From positions 2,790,001 to 2,854,000 of the forward strand of contig CM030338.1 in assembly GCA_017654855.1 (NCBI GenBank): a stretch of DNA of 64,000 nucleotides, read 5' to 3'. The first letter of the stretch is position 1. Each line of letters begins with the position of its first letter. The position numbers were made by a program, and so were the translations under genes. Shown piece after piece: positions 51,456 through 62,346 of the stretch. Origin of the DNA: Podospora anserina. Lineage: Eukaryota. The notes below the pieces were generated by a model. That model had not been told where the DNA came from. It searched no databases and saw nothing but the letters and a program-made list of their open reading frames with translations.

Positions 51456-54400
51456 ATGGCGTCAGGGCCAACAACGCCGAGACGTCAGTCCAGGGGCCGT
51501 CCCAGAGGGCGGCCCAAGGGCACCGGCTCAACCAGCGCGTCTCGCGTCAGGAAGTTTCCAGAAGACCTCCCGGCAACAGAACCCCCCTTGAAGAAGCGTA
51601 AATATGTCCCCGGGGGCCCGGGAGGTGGTGGGAGATATCTAGACGACGATGGTGGCGAAGTCCCACCCGAAAATATAGGGCCAGCAACTACCGTGTCCAG
51701 ACAGCGAGCCTCAGCCCGGACCGATGCGCAACCCTCCCCTACCGTTTATCCGCGCAGAGAACGAAGCACGAGGATACGAACGGCCGTGAACCGAGACGAA
51801 CTCGACGATATGCAATACAGTTCAGCAACAGCCCTGGCGGCCGCTGTCGTCCAGAGCGAGGGGTACAAGCCCAGAGAGGAGCGAGGATGGGAGGAGTTCC
51901 ACCCAAATCTTGACATCGAGGCCACCTTTGCGGTGCTTCCTGCCGACGAAGTAGACGGCATAGTCACAAAACCAGTACCCCCAACACCTGTTGCGCTAGA
52001 TACTGCCAGCCTCCTGAATGGCGCAAGTACCCCTACTAAGGACGGCGCGTTTGTCTTCACAGGTGCAAACGGCACGCCTAATGGCCAAGGAAAGCCATCA
52101 TTTTCCGGCCTAGCAGATACCCCGAGTAGGCGTCGACTTGCCAGGCCAACAAGAGATTCGGTCTCCTTATATGCCACCCGACCACTGGATCTTGGGTTAA
52201 CCCCCCAGGTTCCCAAAGTACTGCCTATTCACAGCCAGAACGCGAAAGAGCGGCTGGATCTGAAGATGCCATCATACCGAAAAATCGACCGTATCGCCCT
52301 TTTTGAGAGCAAGACGTTTGGCCAGGCGAGATATGTCGACAAGTCGATGATGAATGTGGGCTATCAGGAGAGCGACAACTTCATCCGGCCTGACCGCAAG
52401 CTCATCAAGGCGATAGATGCCAACACTGAGGAGGACCTGGAACAGGTCGCTGTTGTCTCGGCGGCAGGCGATCCAGTCCAGCACACGGCCGGCGTGGTTG
52501 GGCGTGTGGAGTACGATATGGACGAGCAAGATGATATGTGGCTTGAGGATCTGAACAGTCGGCGAAAGGCGACCGAACTGGATCCAATAACTCGTGAGAT
52601 CTTTGAGATCACAATAACCAAAATTGAAAAGGAGTGGCATGCGCTCGAGAAGAGGATACCGAAGCCCAACCCGAAGCCGCCACAGACTCACAGACCGAGA
52701 TCCAGCTCTGCGGCTGCAGTTAATGGCGAGCCGCAAGCTGGAGAAGAGCAGGACAGCAAATGTGCCATCTGCGACGACGGTGACTGCGAGAACACCAACG
52801 CGATCGTGTTTTGCGACGGTTGCGATTTGGCGGTTCACCAAGAATGCTATGGTGTGCCGTTTATTCCCGAGGGGCAATGGTTGTGCAGGAAGTGCCAGTT
52901 GATTGGTCGTGGTATTCCGGTACGTCTTTTCGCCGAGTTTTGTCGGGTAGGTGTCGAATGATGATGCTGACTTTGATTTCTTTTAGACATGCATTTTCTG
53001 CCCCAATACCGACGGGGCTTTCAAGCAGACCAACTCGTCCAAATGGGCACATCTGCTATGCGCCATGTGGATCCCCGAGGTGTCTTTGGGGAACCACACC
53101 TTCATGGAGCCGGTGATGGAGGTCGAAAAAGTGCCCAAGACGCGGTGGAAGTTGACGTGCTATATCTGCAGTCAGCGCATGGGAGCCTGCATCCAGTGTT
53201 CTAACAAAAACTGTTACCAGGCCTTCCATGTCACCTGCGCCCGGCGCTGCAGGTTGTTTCTCAAGATGAAGAACAGCCAGGGCGCTCTCGCTGTGCTGGA
53301 CAGCATGCCGCTGAAGGCGTATTGCGACAAGCACTGTCCCCAGGACTATGCAAAGGAGAATGCGGTCGCTGAAGCGACAAAAGATGCGAAGCGCTTCTAC
53401 AAGCGGACCATGAAGGGGCGCATTTGGGCCAATAGTCAAGCGTCGGCCCTTCAGTTAGCCGCTACCCACCGCCATGCCATAACTGAGCACCCCCCTGACG
53501 AGTCCCAGTTGACAGGCGCCAAAATGAATACTGTTCTCGGAGATAAGAAAAAGGGACAGCCGGCCAAGAATATCTGGAAGCTGCCGTCGGGTGCACCCAT
53601 TATCCCCCAAGCTGTGTTTGACACGGTGGAGAGCTCACTCTCTCGCTTCCCGATACGGAAGCGCAAAGACTATGTCGCCGAAACATGTCGCTACTGGACC
53701 CTCAAGCGTGAGGCCAGGCGTGGAGCCGCCTTACTCAAACGGCTGCAGCTTCAAATGGAGACGTTCTCGTCAATGGAGTTGACACGGCGCAACTTTGCCG
53801 CCATGGGTCCGTCTGGGAAGACAAGACTGGCCAGAAGGATCGAGTTTTGCGGCAGCCTCGTCAAAGACCTGGAACAGCTCAAGGAGTTGTCTGATGCAAT
53901 TGTCCAGCGTGAAGCCTCAAAGCTGGAAGCGGCCGAGTTGGAGCAGGACTTTGTCGACAGTTGCTATTTCCCAGTCTACAAGAAGCTCCAACCGGTGCTT
54001 GACAAGGCTTTCCTGTAAGTTATGCGTGCCGCCTTATTGTTGGCCACCTACTGACACATCATAGACTTGACAAGAACATCTTCAAGTCGGGCTTTAGAGA
54101 GTTGCAAGACAAACTGGACCAGCGGTTTTACACCACCACATTACATTTTGCCACCGATTTGTGCCAAGCCATCAACGCAGGCATCAACGATCCGCCAGCC
54201 GTGCCGGCAACCGCAGAATCTCGCGGCATCGGCATCGATGCGTCTCCAGTCAAGAACGGCGGCAATGCAGATGTCAAAGACCGGAGAAGGATAGGAAAGC
54301 GAATGCTCAAGTCACTCCAGCCACTTCTCGAATCCGCCTTGCAGGCAGAGGCGGAAATATGTAAGAAGCCTCTCGAGGGTCTGCAGGCGGAACTCGAGGC

Positions 54401-55208
54401 CATAATCGAGGCTAGCACTGAGCTGAGACAGCCCGGTCCGGCAGCTACTATCATGGTGTCAGGAGACGGCAGCCTGGCCCCTGGTATTTCACAAGATGTC
54501 GACATAGCGGACGCACCTGTGGAAGGCCAAATTATCGTCGCTGATCAGTTAGACGAAGATGTCGATGCCGACGGGGATCCAGACGATCCCATGGAAGGCA
54601 CCGAGCACATTGGCGATGGAAGCATAGAGGTCAAATCGGACGAGCACGACGCCGAAACAAACGGTGCCTTGTCCTCTGCCCATTCCGTCACAGCAGAAGA
54701 AAACAACGACACTCAACGGACCGACATCCCGCAGATACTTACCAACGGCATCCCCAAGGAATCAAACTCACCACCCTCCCTTGCCGGCTACAATCCTGCC
54801 TCCAACCCGCAACCACAAAATCACTCTGGTCCACTGAGTCCACCGCAGTCAAACGGCTCCTTCGGCATCAACCAACAACAAGGACACCATAATGTCCTTT
54901 CTGACGGTGGTATTCCGTGGTACCTTGAAGAGTTTGAGCTGAAGGGGACGTCAGCGGTGGAGAAGCAGTGGGCCGGGAGGGAAGCGGTGCGAAGTCTGAG
55001 TGAAGAGTTGACGGATATGGACGAGGAGGCGTTGAGAGACTTGGAGTTTGATGTGGATGATGAGAATACTATTACCGCTAGTCCGGTTGATGTTGGCAAG
55101 GGGAGTGGGGGGTTGAAGGTGGAGGCGGGAACGCCGAGCGGGAGGAGGAAGAGGGCGGATGTGAGTAAGTTTAGGAAGGGGGTTAGGAGCTCTGCTAGGA
55201 GGAAGTAA
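51456..55208 (+). CDS. NTO1: NuA3 HAT complex subunit Nto1 (EPL1/EPC-N plus PHD-Zn knuckle-PHD), 3 exons
   Basis: AT-hook-like RGRPRGRPKG, VEYDMDEQDDMWL, PHD CAICDDGDCENTNAIVFCDGCDLAVHQECYG..WLCRKC, WAHLLCAMWIPEV and CRYWTLKREARRGAAL. Introns at ~52920-52986 and ~54015-54064. Confidence 0.93.
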
Positions 55209-55954
55209 GTGATGGGGGTGTATGATATTGATGGGTGAGGGAGGAGGCTTTCTTCTTGGCTTGGGCTTGTGACCAGCGGCTCTTTTTTTTTTTTTCTTTT
55301 TTTTTTCGGTTCTTTTTTACTTATGCGTTTTTGATCGATTCCCCGGTTAGTTTTTGTCTTTTCTTTTATCACTTTCTTCTTTCTCGTTTGGTCTTGTCTC
55401 TTTCAAGAATTACATTTCTAGTTGCTATAACCGTTAGGTTTTTTTTTTGCTTTCTTTTATTTTTAAACACACAGAGTTTGCGATTTTCGTTTCTTGTTTT
55501 TTTTTTTTTAAATTTTATTTTTTTTAGGTGGGGGTATAACTTTGGGAGGGAAGCACATCGGATGGATGATAGGGAATGGGGGGAAAGAGGGAGGAAAGGA
55601 GTTGATAATCATTTGGACTGGTTTGTTATTCGCGATGGTGTCTGGAGTTTTGAGGGGATGAAGTGAGGAGAGAAGAGGAGTGGGAGGAGGTGGGGGAGTA
55701 CATAGTTGGTGGTGACATTGCTTTTTGTTTTTGGGGGTTATGGGAGGAGATAAGAGAGGTGTGAATATAATATTTTTGATATTTCCTGCGACTATGGGTG
55801 ATGATGCTAGCTAGCTAGGTATGATCCGCCAACTTGATATGTCTGCTTCCCTGTCTGTCTGGGCTTTCTTTTTTCGCCTTGGGATATTCCGATCGTCGGC
55901 GGTGTGTTTTCAATCAGGTGGAACATTTGGGGGCAACGGCTTTTTCATGGGGCG

Positions 55955-56325
55955 TCAGTGTGGTGGTGGCTCAGTGGTGGATGTTTCTTCTTTGATGAAC
56001 GCCTCGAGATGTTCAACTCGTTTTGTTGAGGCGCTGATGGTGGTTGTCTGTTGGCACCCGTGGTGTGAATCCCTCAGTATCTTCCCCCATGCTTCCACTT
56101 TGGCGAGTCGGAACGGCGGTGATCTGGGCGAATTCGTGCCAGTAGCGGGCCCGTTGCTTGAAGAACACGGCCTCGTCGGTATCATTGCGGAAGCGGTGTT
56201 GGGTATCGAGGATTTTTGCTTTTTGTATCCGGAGGAGGTTCTTGTGCTATTTGTTGCTGTTTAGTTGCTCTAGGAGGCTGTCGATGGTGCGGGGGGAGAC
56301 GTGGGAGGGGGCGGTGGGATGACAT
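55955..56325 (-). pseudogene. Paralog A of an unrecognised YWH/coiled-coil family (in-frame TAG and frameshifts)
   Basis: TAG at 56249-56247, then DEAVFFKQRARYWHEFAQI, a frame switch near 56115 and then RLAKVEAWGKILRDSHHGCQQTTTISASTKRVEHLEAFIK. Confidence 0.6.
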
Positions 56326-56776
56326 TTTTGTGAGCTGGGAGTTTTGGCTTTGTCTTGTTTTGATGGTGGTTGATGGAGACGGAAAAGGGTGGTGGTGATG
56401 GTGGACTTGGGCGGGTTGAGAGCTGGGGAGTTACTGGTGGGTGGGAAGTAAGGCAGGAATTGTTGGTAAAAGGATGTTGCTGGTGGTGGATATGTAGTGG
56501 GAACGGTGAGATATGTGTCTTTCACGGGACTCTGAGAGAAAGAGTGAGAAGGGCTGTTGGTCAAGTATCGCTTTGTTTTTGGAGGTTTCGGGGATGATTA
56601 AGGTAAGGTAGGTATATCTTTGTGATGGCTCGTTCAACTATGGGTGCTGATGCGGCTATGACTGTGAGGCAAACTTCTGACTGTTCCTTCCCAGATCTTT
56701 CTCGATGTGCGCAGTGTTTGTCCGGCGGTTTCCTAGCTTCCTGGTACCTTTCACCGGTTATGAGCGATACTCTAGC

Positions 56777-57598
56777 TCAGCGGGCATCCGCGTCCCCAGC
56801 AGTGACTGCTAGCTCAATAGTAGATGCCGCAGAGGCAAAGGCAGAGAACTTCTTGATGAACGTCTCGAGCTGCTCAACCCTTTTAGCGAGGGTGTCGATT
56901 GCTGTCTGTTGTTTAGCAGCTAGAGTGTTGCTGGTGCTGTTAACCTCGAGGTATTCCAGACGTTCCTTCAGTTCCCCGATGTCTGTTTGTTGCTCGGCTA
57001 CGGTCTGGCTGGTGGTTTCGTCCTCGAGATCTTCCAGGCGTTCCTCTAGGCCCCTGATGATTTTCTGTTGCTTGGTGAGGGCAGGTTGGAGGTTGGTGTC
57101 GTGGAGGTTATCAACCTGCTGTCCTCGGACCAAATCCGCTTCACCAGGGCGCCGATGGCTTTTTGTTGATCGGCCATGGTGTTTTTAGTGCAGATGCCCT
57201 CAAGATCCCCGACACGTTTCACCAGCGCGTCGATGGTAGTCTGTTGGCCGCTGTCTTCAGTCGGGGTGAAGATGCCATGAATTGCGATTCTGGAACCTAT
57301 GCACCCGTGGTGCAACCGCCTCAGTCTCGTCTCGGGTGATTCGATTTCCTTGTTCCTGGTTCCCAGCTTGGCGAGCCGGGCGAAAGCTTCCTTGGAGAAG
57401 TCGTGCCAGTAGTAAGCCCATGACCTGAGGAACTTGACCTCGTCTACACCATCGTATTTTCCATTCATCGTCGAGGGGAGGATTCTCGTCGTCGTAACTT
57501 TCTCTCCAATGCCACTTGAGAGTATTCTCGCCATTTGGAGGAGGATTATCCATCAGGTAACGAAGATTGGGGTTGACGATATGGTGCATGGAATCCAT
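56777..57598 (-). pseudogene. Paralog B with five coiled-coil repeats and two frameshifts
   Basis: Three overlapping ORFs. DEVKFLRSWAYYWHDFSKEAFARLAK..LRRLHHGC is followed by the repeats QQTTIDALVKRVGDLE, QQKAIGALVKRI, QQKIIRGLEERLEDLE, QQTDIGELKERLEYLE and QQTAIDTLAKRVEQLE. Confidence 0.68.
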
Positions 57599-58085
57599 TC
57601 TGCTGGGAAGTTCGTATCACATCTTCGTGAAGTTGGGTGGTGTCTGAGAGTTGGATTTCTTTGATGGGGATTGATGGAGACGGGAGTGTTGCTGGCACTG
57701 GGTTTGGTAGCGTAGGGGTAGTGTTGAGTGGCAGTGGAGTTGTTAGTGCGTGGGAAATTGGGAGGAGGAAATATTGCTGATGGAGGATCGGGATGGGACA
57801 GGTAGATAGATACACAGTGGCAATAGTGAAAGAGGTTCTTTCACGGAGATCTGAGAGAAATGGTGAATACAGGGTAAGGTAAATGGCCGGAGAGTCATCC
57901 CTCTTGTTTTGGAAGGCTTTGAATGGGGGGAAAGCGAAAGAGTGTGGATACAATATTTGAGATGTCTCTTATGGTTGCTATGGCTATGGGTGTGACTGGA
58001 TTGTGACGGAGAGTTGCTGCTGACCATTCTCTCCCTGAAGACTGTCTACCTAAAGTAACCTTCACTCCAGCTAGTCAACCCCTAG

Positions 58086-58588
58086 TCACAAATCCAGCCA
58101 GTCGCACGCAGTACGCTGCATATTATTTTCCTCAACCCTCCGCTTTAACTCCTCGACCTGCCTCTCCAGGTCTCCGATTCGTATCTGCTGCTCAGCCACG
58201 GTATCTATGTTCTGGGTCATGTTTCAAGAAGTCGAGGGGCCATCTAGGACAATGATCCCGGATGCACCGCTCGAGCACGGTTTATTTAGTTCCTGCGCAC
58301 TCTCCTGTTCCTCCACTCCCTCCACCTCTACTAGCATTATCGGTGACCAAGATTCTCCAGTTTCTTCACCCTCTCCTTCCAATATTCCACTTTGCCAAAT
58401 TTGTTGAGGAGCAGTCTGTGGATCACTTCATACTGGTTGGCGTGGAAGAACAGGGCATCCCCCTTGTGACGGGTCTTGTCGCCTTCCTTCGGGGAAACTA
58501 GGCGACGCAGGAGCGACCTGGATGTTTCGATGAATTCAGTCGCTGTGCGAGTATCGTCTTCGGAGGGGTTTCTATTGGGGATGGACAT
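58086..58588 (-). pseudogene. Paralog C (diverged, interrupted)
   Basis: MSIPNRNP..GDALFF..YWKERVKKLE ends in a stop. A downstream out-of-frame segment TVAEQQIRIGDLERQVEELKRR matches TVAEQQTDIGELKER of copy B. Confidence 0.5.
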
Positions 58589-58881
58589 TGTTGTACCTAG
58601 TGGGATGGCGCTACTTGGACTGGTCCTGTGTTGATATGTGAGTTGCGGGTGCTGGGGTTGATAGGGGTTGGTATGATGGGAAACATTGGGAGAAGGGGAT
58701 TGAGATGACAAAGGTAGATATTCATTGGGATGATGGAGATCACTCACCTGGGCCGAGAATACTCACGAAGCGGGCGATGTTGGCTGGTGTTTGTTTCTCT
58801 GTGATTGTGAACGATGGTTGACTCATGTATTGATATTTGTGTGTACAACAACAACTTGCTCAACCACCACTGCCTCAGACC

Positions 58882-59341
58882 CTACTTCTTAGATCCAGTT
58901 GAGGACCCTTCTCCCCCAGTGCTCCCAACAGGTGCGTCCTCGCGCGTCTTGTGCCGCCGCTTGATAAGACTTTTCCACGCTGTCATCTCTTTTGGAGGGA
59001 GATAGAGTGTTAAGCCGTTGAATTGCGCGACAGAATATACGTTTGACTTGTTCTCTCCCTTCTTTTTCTTCGCTCCTCCGGGTTGGGGGTGGGGGTTACT
59101 GGTGGTGGCAGTGGTCTTAGGTGGCGGCTTCCGCGACTTCGAGCCATTCGGTTGCGATCAAGGCAAGCTGGTGCCAGTAGGCCGCCCATTGTCAGAGGGC
59201 TGCGGCGGCCTCTTCGTCGCTGAGACCGCCGATGTTAAGGTTTAACCGTTTGGTTGTTGTTGTGAGGACAGCGCCGGAGGGGTGAGTGGTGTAATAGTAA
59301 GAAGGGGGGAGGTGGGCTTCTGTTAGCATTGCTGTCGTCAT
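58882..59341 (-). pseudogene. Paralog D (premature TGA and TAA); missed by the ORF track
   Basis: ATG at 59341: MTTAML...SDEEAAAAL*QWAAYWHQLALIATEWLE. The TGA at 59194-59192 sits where copies A and B have K/R. Confidence 0.58.
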
Positions 59342-59806
59342 ATGGTAGTCGAATTCCTAAAGATAGAAGTGCCAAGTAGAAGAATATTGGAATGAAGAGT
59401 TTGGGAGGAAGATATCTTATGTATTGCGAAGGGTGAGAGGAGTTATTTCCTGGAGTCAACAGGTTCAGTCAAAGTCAGTCACGTCAAAACCAGTCACAAG
59501 CAGAATACATCAAGCGGGGATCGACCTCAATAGCAGAACATGTCAAGCGAATTAACCCATGCTGACCCGTGTCACAATGCTACGGATGAGCAAGCTGTAA
59601 TCTGAAGATGGTAGGTTCCGGTCCCTGTCCTGGAATCTCCGAGGGCAGCAGTATACGTCGATGGCTGCTTCGGAACCGAGAAACAGAGTTCAGAAATTTA
59701 GAGTTTTTGCTCTTGGGCGCGAGGTTGATGAGCCTCTTTTCTCCCGCAAAACTACATACAATATCGCTCGTCAAGAACTTCGCTTCTCTGCAATCCCTCA
59801 TGGTCC

Positions 59807-60691
59807 TTGTCTCCCAACCAACAGTCCCGGCCAAAATGGCCCAAGAAATCCCCACCAAAATTCAAGCCTTCCGACCTCGTTGACATCCACCCGACCACTG
59901 AATACTTCTATGAATGGGAACACGACGCTTGGCAGGCATACTACGAGACTGCCGTCTGTGACAAGAGCACCGTTGAAGACAAAGAAAGGGGTTACTCATC
60001 GTGGAGGTACTTCATTGAGTTTTTCGAGGAAGCTGTGAGACGGCTACATAAGCAGAAAACTAGGGTTCAGAGCCTGGAAAACGAGCTGAAGAAAGCAAGA
60101 GCTGAGGGCAACCCTTTTACACCTATACGATCTATCTCAGTTCCCCCCTCGGCTGCCCCTTCCATCTCCATCACTCCTATTGACACTGAGGATGAAACCC
60201 TTGGAACAAACATTCAGCTTTCAACGACACCCTCACACCTTACTCTGACCATCACGACACCGACTTCGTCATCAGTCTCCATTAGCCATGGAAAGGGCGT
60301 ATCTCTGACTCTTGGGCCAGAGAGACTGGAACAGCGCGCCAGGGATCGCAAAGACTCGATCGACAAGCTTGCTGTCAAGACTCCGACTTCCATCGGAACT
60401 GACGCTTCAACCACCACTCCCACTGCTATTCAGACTACCACTTGGACTACCGCTCCAGCTGCCACTCCAACTATCATTGCGATTGGCAACCCAATAAACA
60501 CTGCAATATATAGGCTTACCCACCTGAATACCATTCCGATTCCCGCTCCAAGTTGCTCCCAATATATCCAGTTCAACTGCGACCAACACATTCGCCCCTC
60601 CAGTCCAGCCTACGTGCGCCTCAGTCAGGGTCATTACACCGCTGATGTTCCATACCTTAATCCACCGACACAAGCCAACTACGGCTGGTGA
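59807..60691 (+). CDS. Paralog E: long open frame with the family motif, a coiled coil and a Thr/Ser/Pro-rich tail; no in-frame ATG
   Basis: SWRYFIEFFEEAVRRLHKQKTRVQSLE aligns with SWAYYWHDFSKEAFARLAKLGTRNKEIE of copy B. The 294 codons start at TTG and contain no Met. Confidence 0.55.
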   Translation: MSPNQQSRPKWPKKSPPKFKPSDLVDIHPTTEYFYEWEHDAWQAYYETAVCDKSTVEDKERGYSSWRYFIEFFEEAVRRLHKQKTRVQSLENELKKARAEGNPFTPIRSISVPPSAAPSISITPIDTEDETLGTNIQLSTTPSHLTLTITTPTSSSVSISHGKGVSLTLGPERLEQRARDRKDSIDKLAVKTPTSIGTDASTTTPTAIQTTTWTTAPAATPTIIAIGNPINTAIYRLTHLNTIPIPAPSCSQYIQFNCDQHIRPSSPAYVRLSQGHYTADVPYLNPPTQANYGW

Positions 60692-61216
60692 ATTCCTGAA
60701 GAATAGAAGTATTTTACGTGCGCGGGATGTTCAACCAACGCAAGATTCAAGGGAATTTAGGGGTCATGTAGGGATACACTTGTTATCCGCCTTCTAGTCG
60801 TCGATGCTCATGATACTAGTATCTTGCAAGTGTAACGGCAACGGGCCAAGTTGCAAAGCCCGACATTTGAACAGAGAAGAAGTGAGGTCTAGCAGAGGAA
60901 AACAAACTATCTAGCGCATTTTCAATTTGAAAGAATGTCCATCAGCTTGAGATGGCTAGTGTTTTCTCCCGTAAACTGTGTCAGCTGTTCCTGATCTGAT
61001 TGACGCTTGGATTTTATACACAGCTACAGAACCTAAGGTTATCTTTCCTTTGATTTTCTCTTGGCGGGCCCGTAGTTTGTATGTTTTTTGTAGTGTATAC
61101 CAGCTCACGAACTGCCTCATAGATAAGGTAGGGGCGCTTCATCTCCCAGGCAGTTAAACTGTTGCATGGAAAATAAGCAAACATGAGCTTACGTGACGGG
61201 GCCGCATTATGGGCAG

Positions 61217-61276
61217 ACCCTACACACAGCACCCTACACACAGCACCCTACACACAGCACCCTACACACAGCACCC
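61217..61276. repeat. 14-bp minisatellite ACCCTACACACAGC x4.3
   Basis: Perfect tandem copies ~90 nt downstream of the NUC1 stop codon. Confidence 0.95.
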
Positions 61277-61365
61277 CGAAAGGCAGTTACCACATGTTGA
61301 TTATTATTTTTCTCCATATTTACCTACAGCAGATTATATATACACAACCCCCTTCCTTCCCCCCT

Positions 61366-62346
61366 TTATTTCTTCTCAAAAGCCTTCTGCCTCTGCGCAT
61401 ACTCCTTGACAATCACACTACAGCTCGTCTCGGCACAAAGCCTCTTCCTCCTCCTCACATCCAACTTGTCCGCAAACTCCAACCCCGACGCCCTCTCCAC
61501 CACCTCCAACGGGACCTCGAACTCTTGAAGAGGTTTGCTATTAGAAATAACCGCATTGGGCAGCACAAACGCCCCCACCGCCACCGGCCCATCTTTCGAG
61601 TCCTTCTCCTCGGCAAAGATAACCTTGTAAAAATGCGTCGGCACCGCCACGTTCGGCGCCGGGCTGCCCACCACCTCGTACTTGACGTACCACTTCCCGT
61701 CCTCCTCTTTTCTTGGCAGATACAACGGCCCCGTCACCACCCTCACACTGGGATACTTGCTTGTTAGCCTCCGACAGAAATCCTCAAAATGCGCCCAGTA
61801 ATCCCTGTTGAACCCCTCCCCGACCTGGGGGCACATGTTGCTGAGGTAAAACGTCTCGTCCATGGCGGACTGGGACCACTTGCAGTCCGCGGCGGGGACT
61901 TGGTGGCCGCGGTCGTAGCCGGAGCGGAAATAGTCTTTGAGTTTGGCGCGGAATTTTTCGGGGATGGAGGGGTCTTCGAGGAATTGCGAGTTTTTGCGGT
62001 CGCCGGATTTGAGGGAGAGGGATTGGGGGGTTATGTGCTCTGCTACCCAGTGGGGGTTGCGGGTGCGGCGGTCGTAGGAGGAGATGAAGGAGGTGCGGGA
62101 GGCGAGGTCGGAGGTGGGGCCGGGGAAGCCGTAGTCGAAGAGGCCCGAGGGGTTGACGGGGGAGGGGCCGGAGGGGGGTTTGGATGGGGGTTTGGCACCG
62201 GGAGCGGCGGCGGCGGGGGAGGGAGAAGAAGGGGCCCTGGGGCCTTCGGGGGAGGAGGAGGAGGACTTGTTGAAGAGGGCGGCTGTGGCTGCTGCTCCGA
62301 CTGCTGCGCCGGCGCCGGCGACGATGGCAAAGGTTACTTTTGACAT
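61366..62346 (-). CDS. NUC1: Mitochondrial DNA/RNA non-specific endonuclease (EndoG/Nuc1)
   Basis: YDRRTRNPHWVAEH, active site DYFRSGYDRGHQVPAAD, FYLSNMCPQVGEGFNRDYW and VAVPTHFYKVI. Confidence 0.96.
   Translation of the reverse strand: MSKVTFAIVAGAGAAVGAAATAALFNKSSSSSPEGPRAPSSPSPAAAAPGAKPPSKPPSGPSPVNPSGLFDYGFPGPTSDLASRTSFISSYDRRTRNPHWVAEHITPQSLSLKSGDRKNSQFLEDPSIPEKFRAKLKDYFRSGYDRGHQVPAADCKWSQSAMDETFYLSNMCPQVGEGFNRDYWAHFEDFCRRLTSKYPSVRVVTGPLYLPRKEEDGKWYVKYEVVGSPAPNVAVPTHFYKVIFAEEKDSKDGPVAVGAFVLPNAVISNSKPLQEFEVPLEVVERASGLEFADKLDVRRRKRLCAETSCSVIVKEYAQRQKAFEKK

Noticed and set aside
60871-60880. ACAGAGAAGA resembling the U6 snRNA ACAGAGA box
   Set aside because: The expected downstream TTAGCATGGCCCCTG is absent.
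61217-61276. Regular repeats considered as a CRISPR-like array
   Set aside because: Head-to-tail minisatellite with no spacers, in a eukaryotic context with no cas genes.
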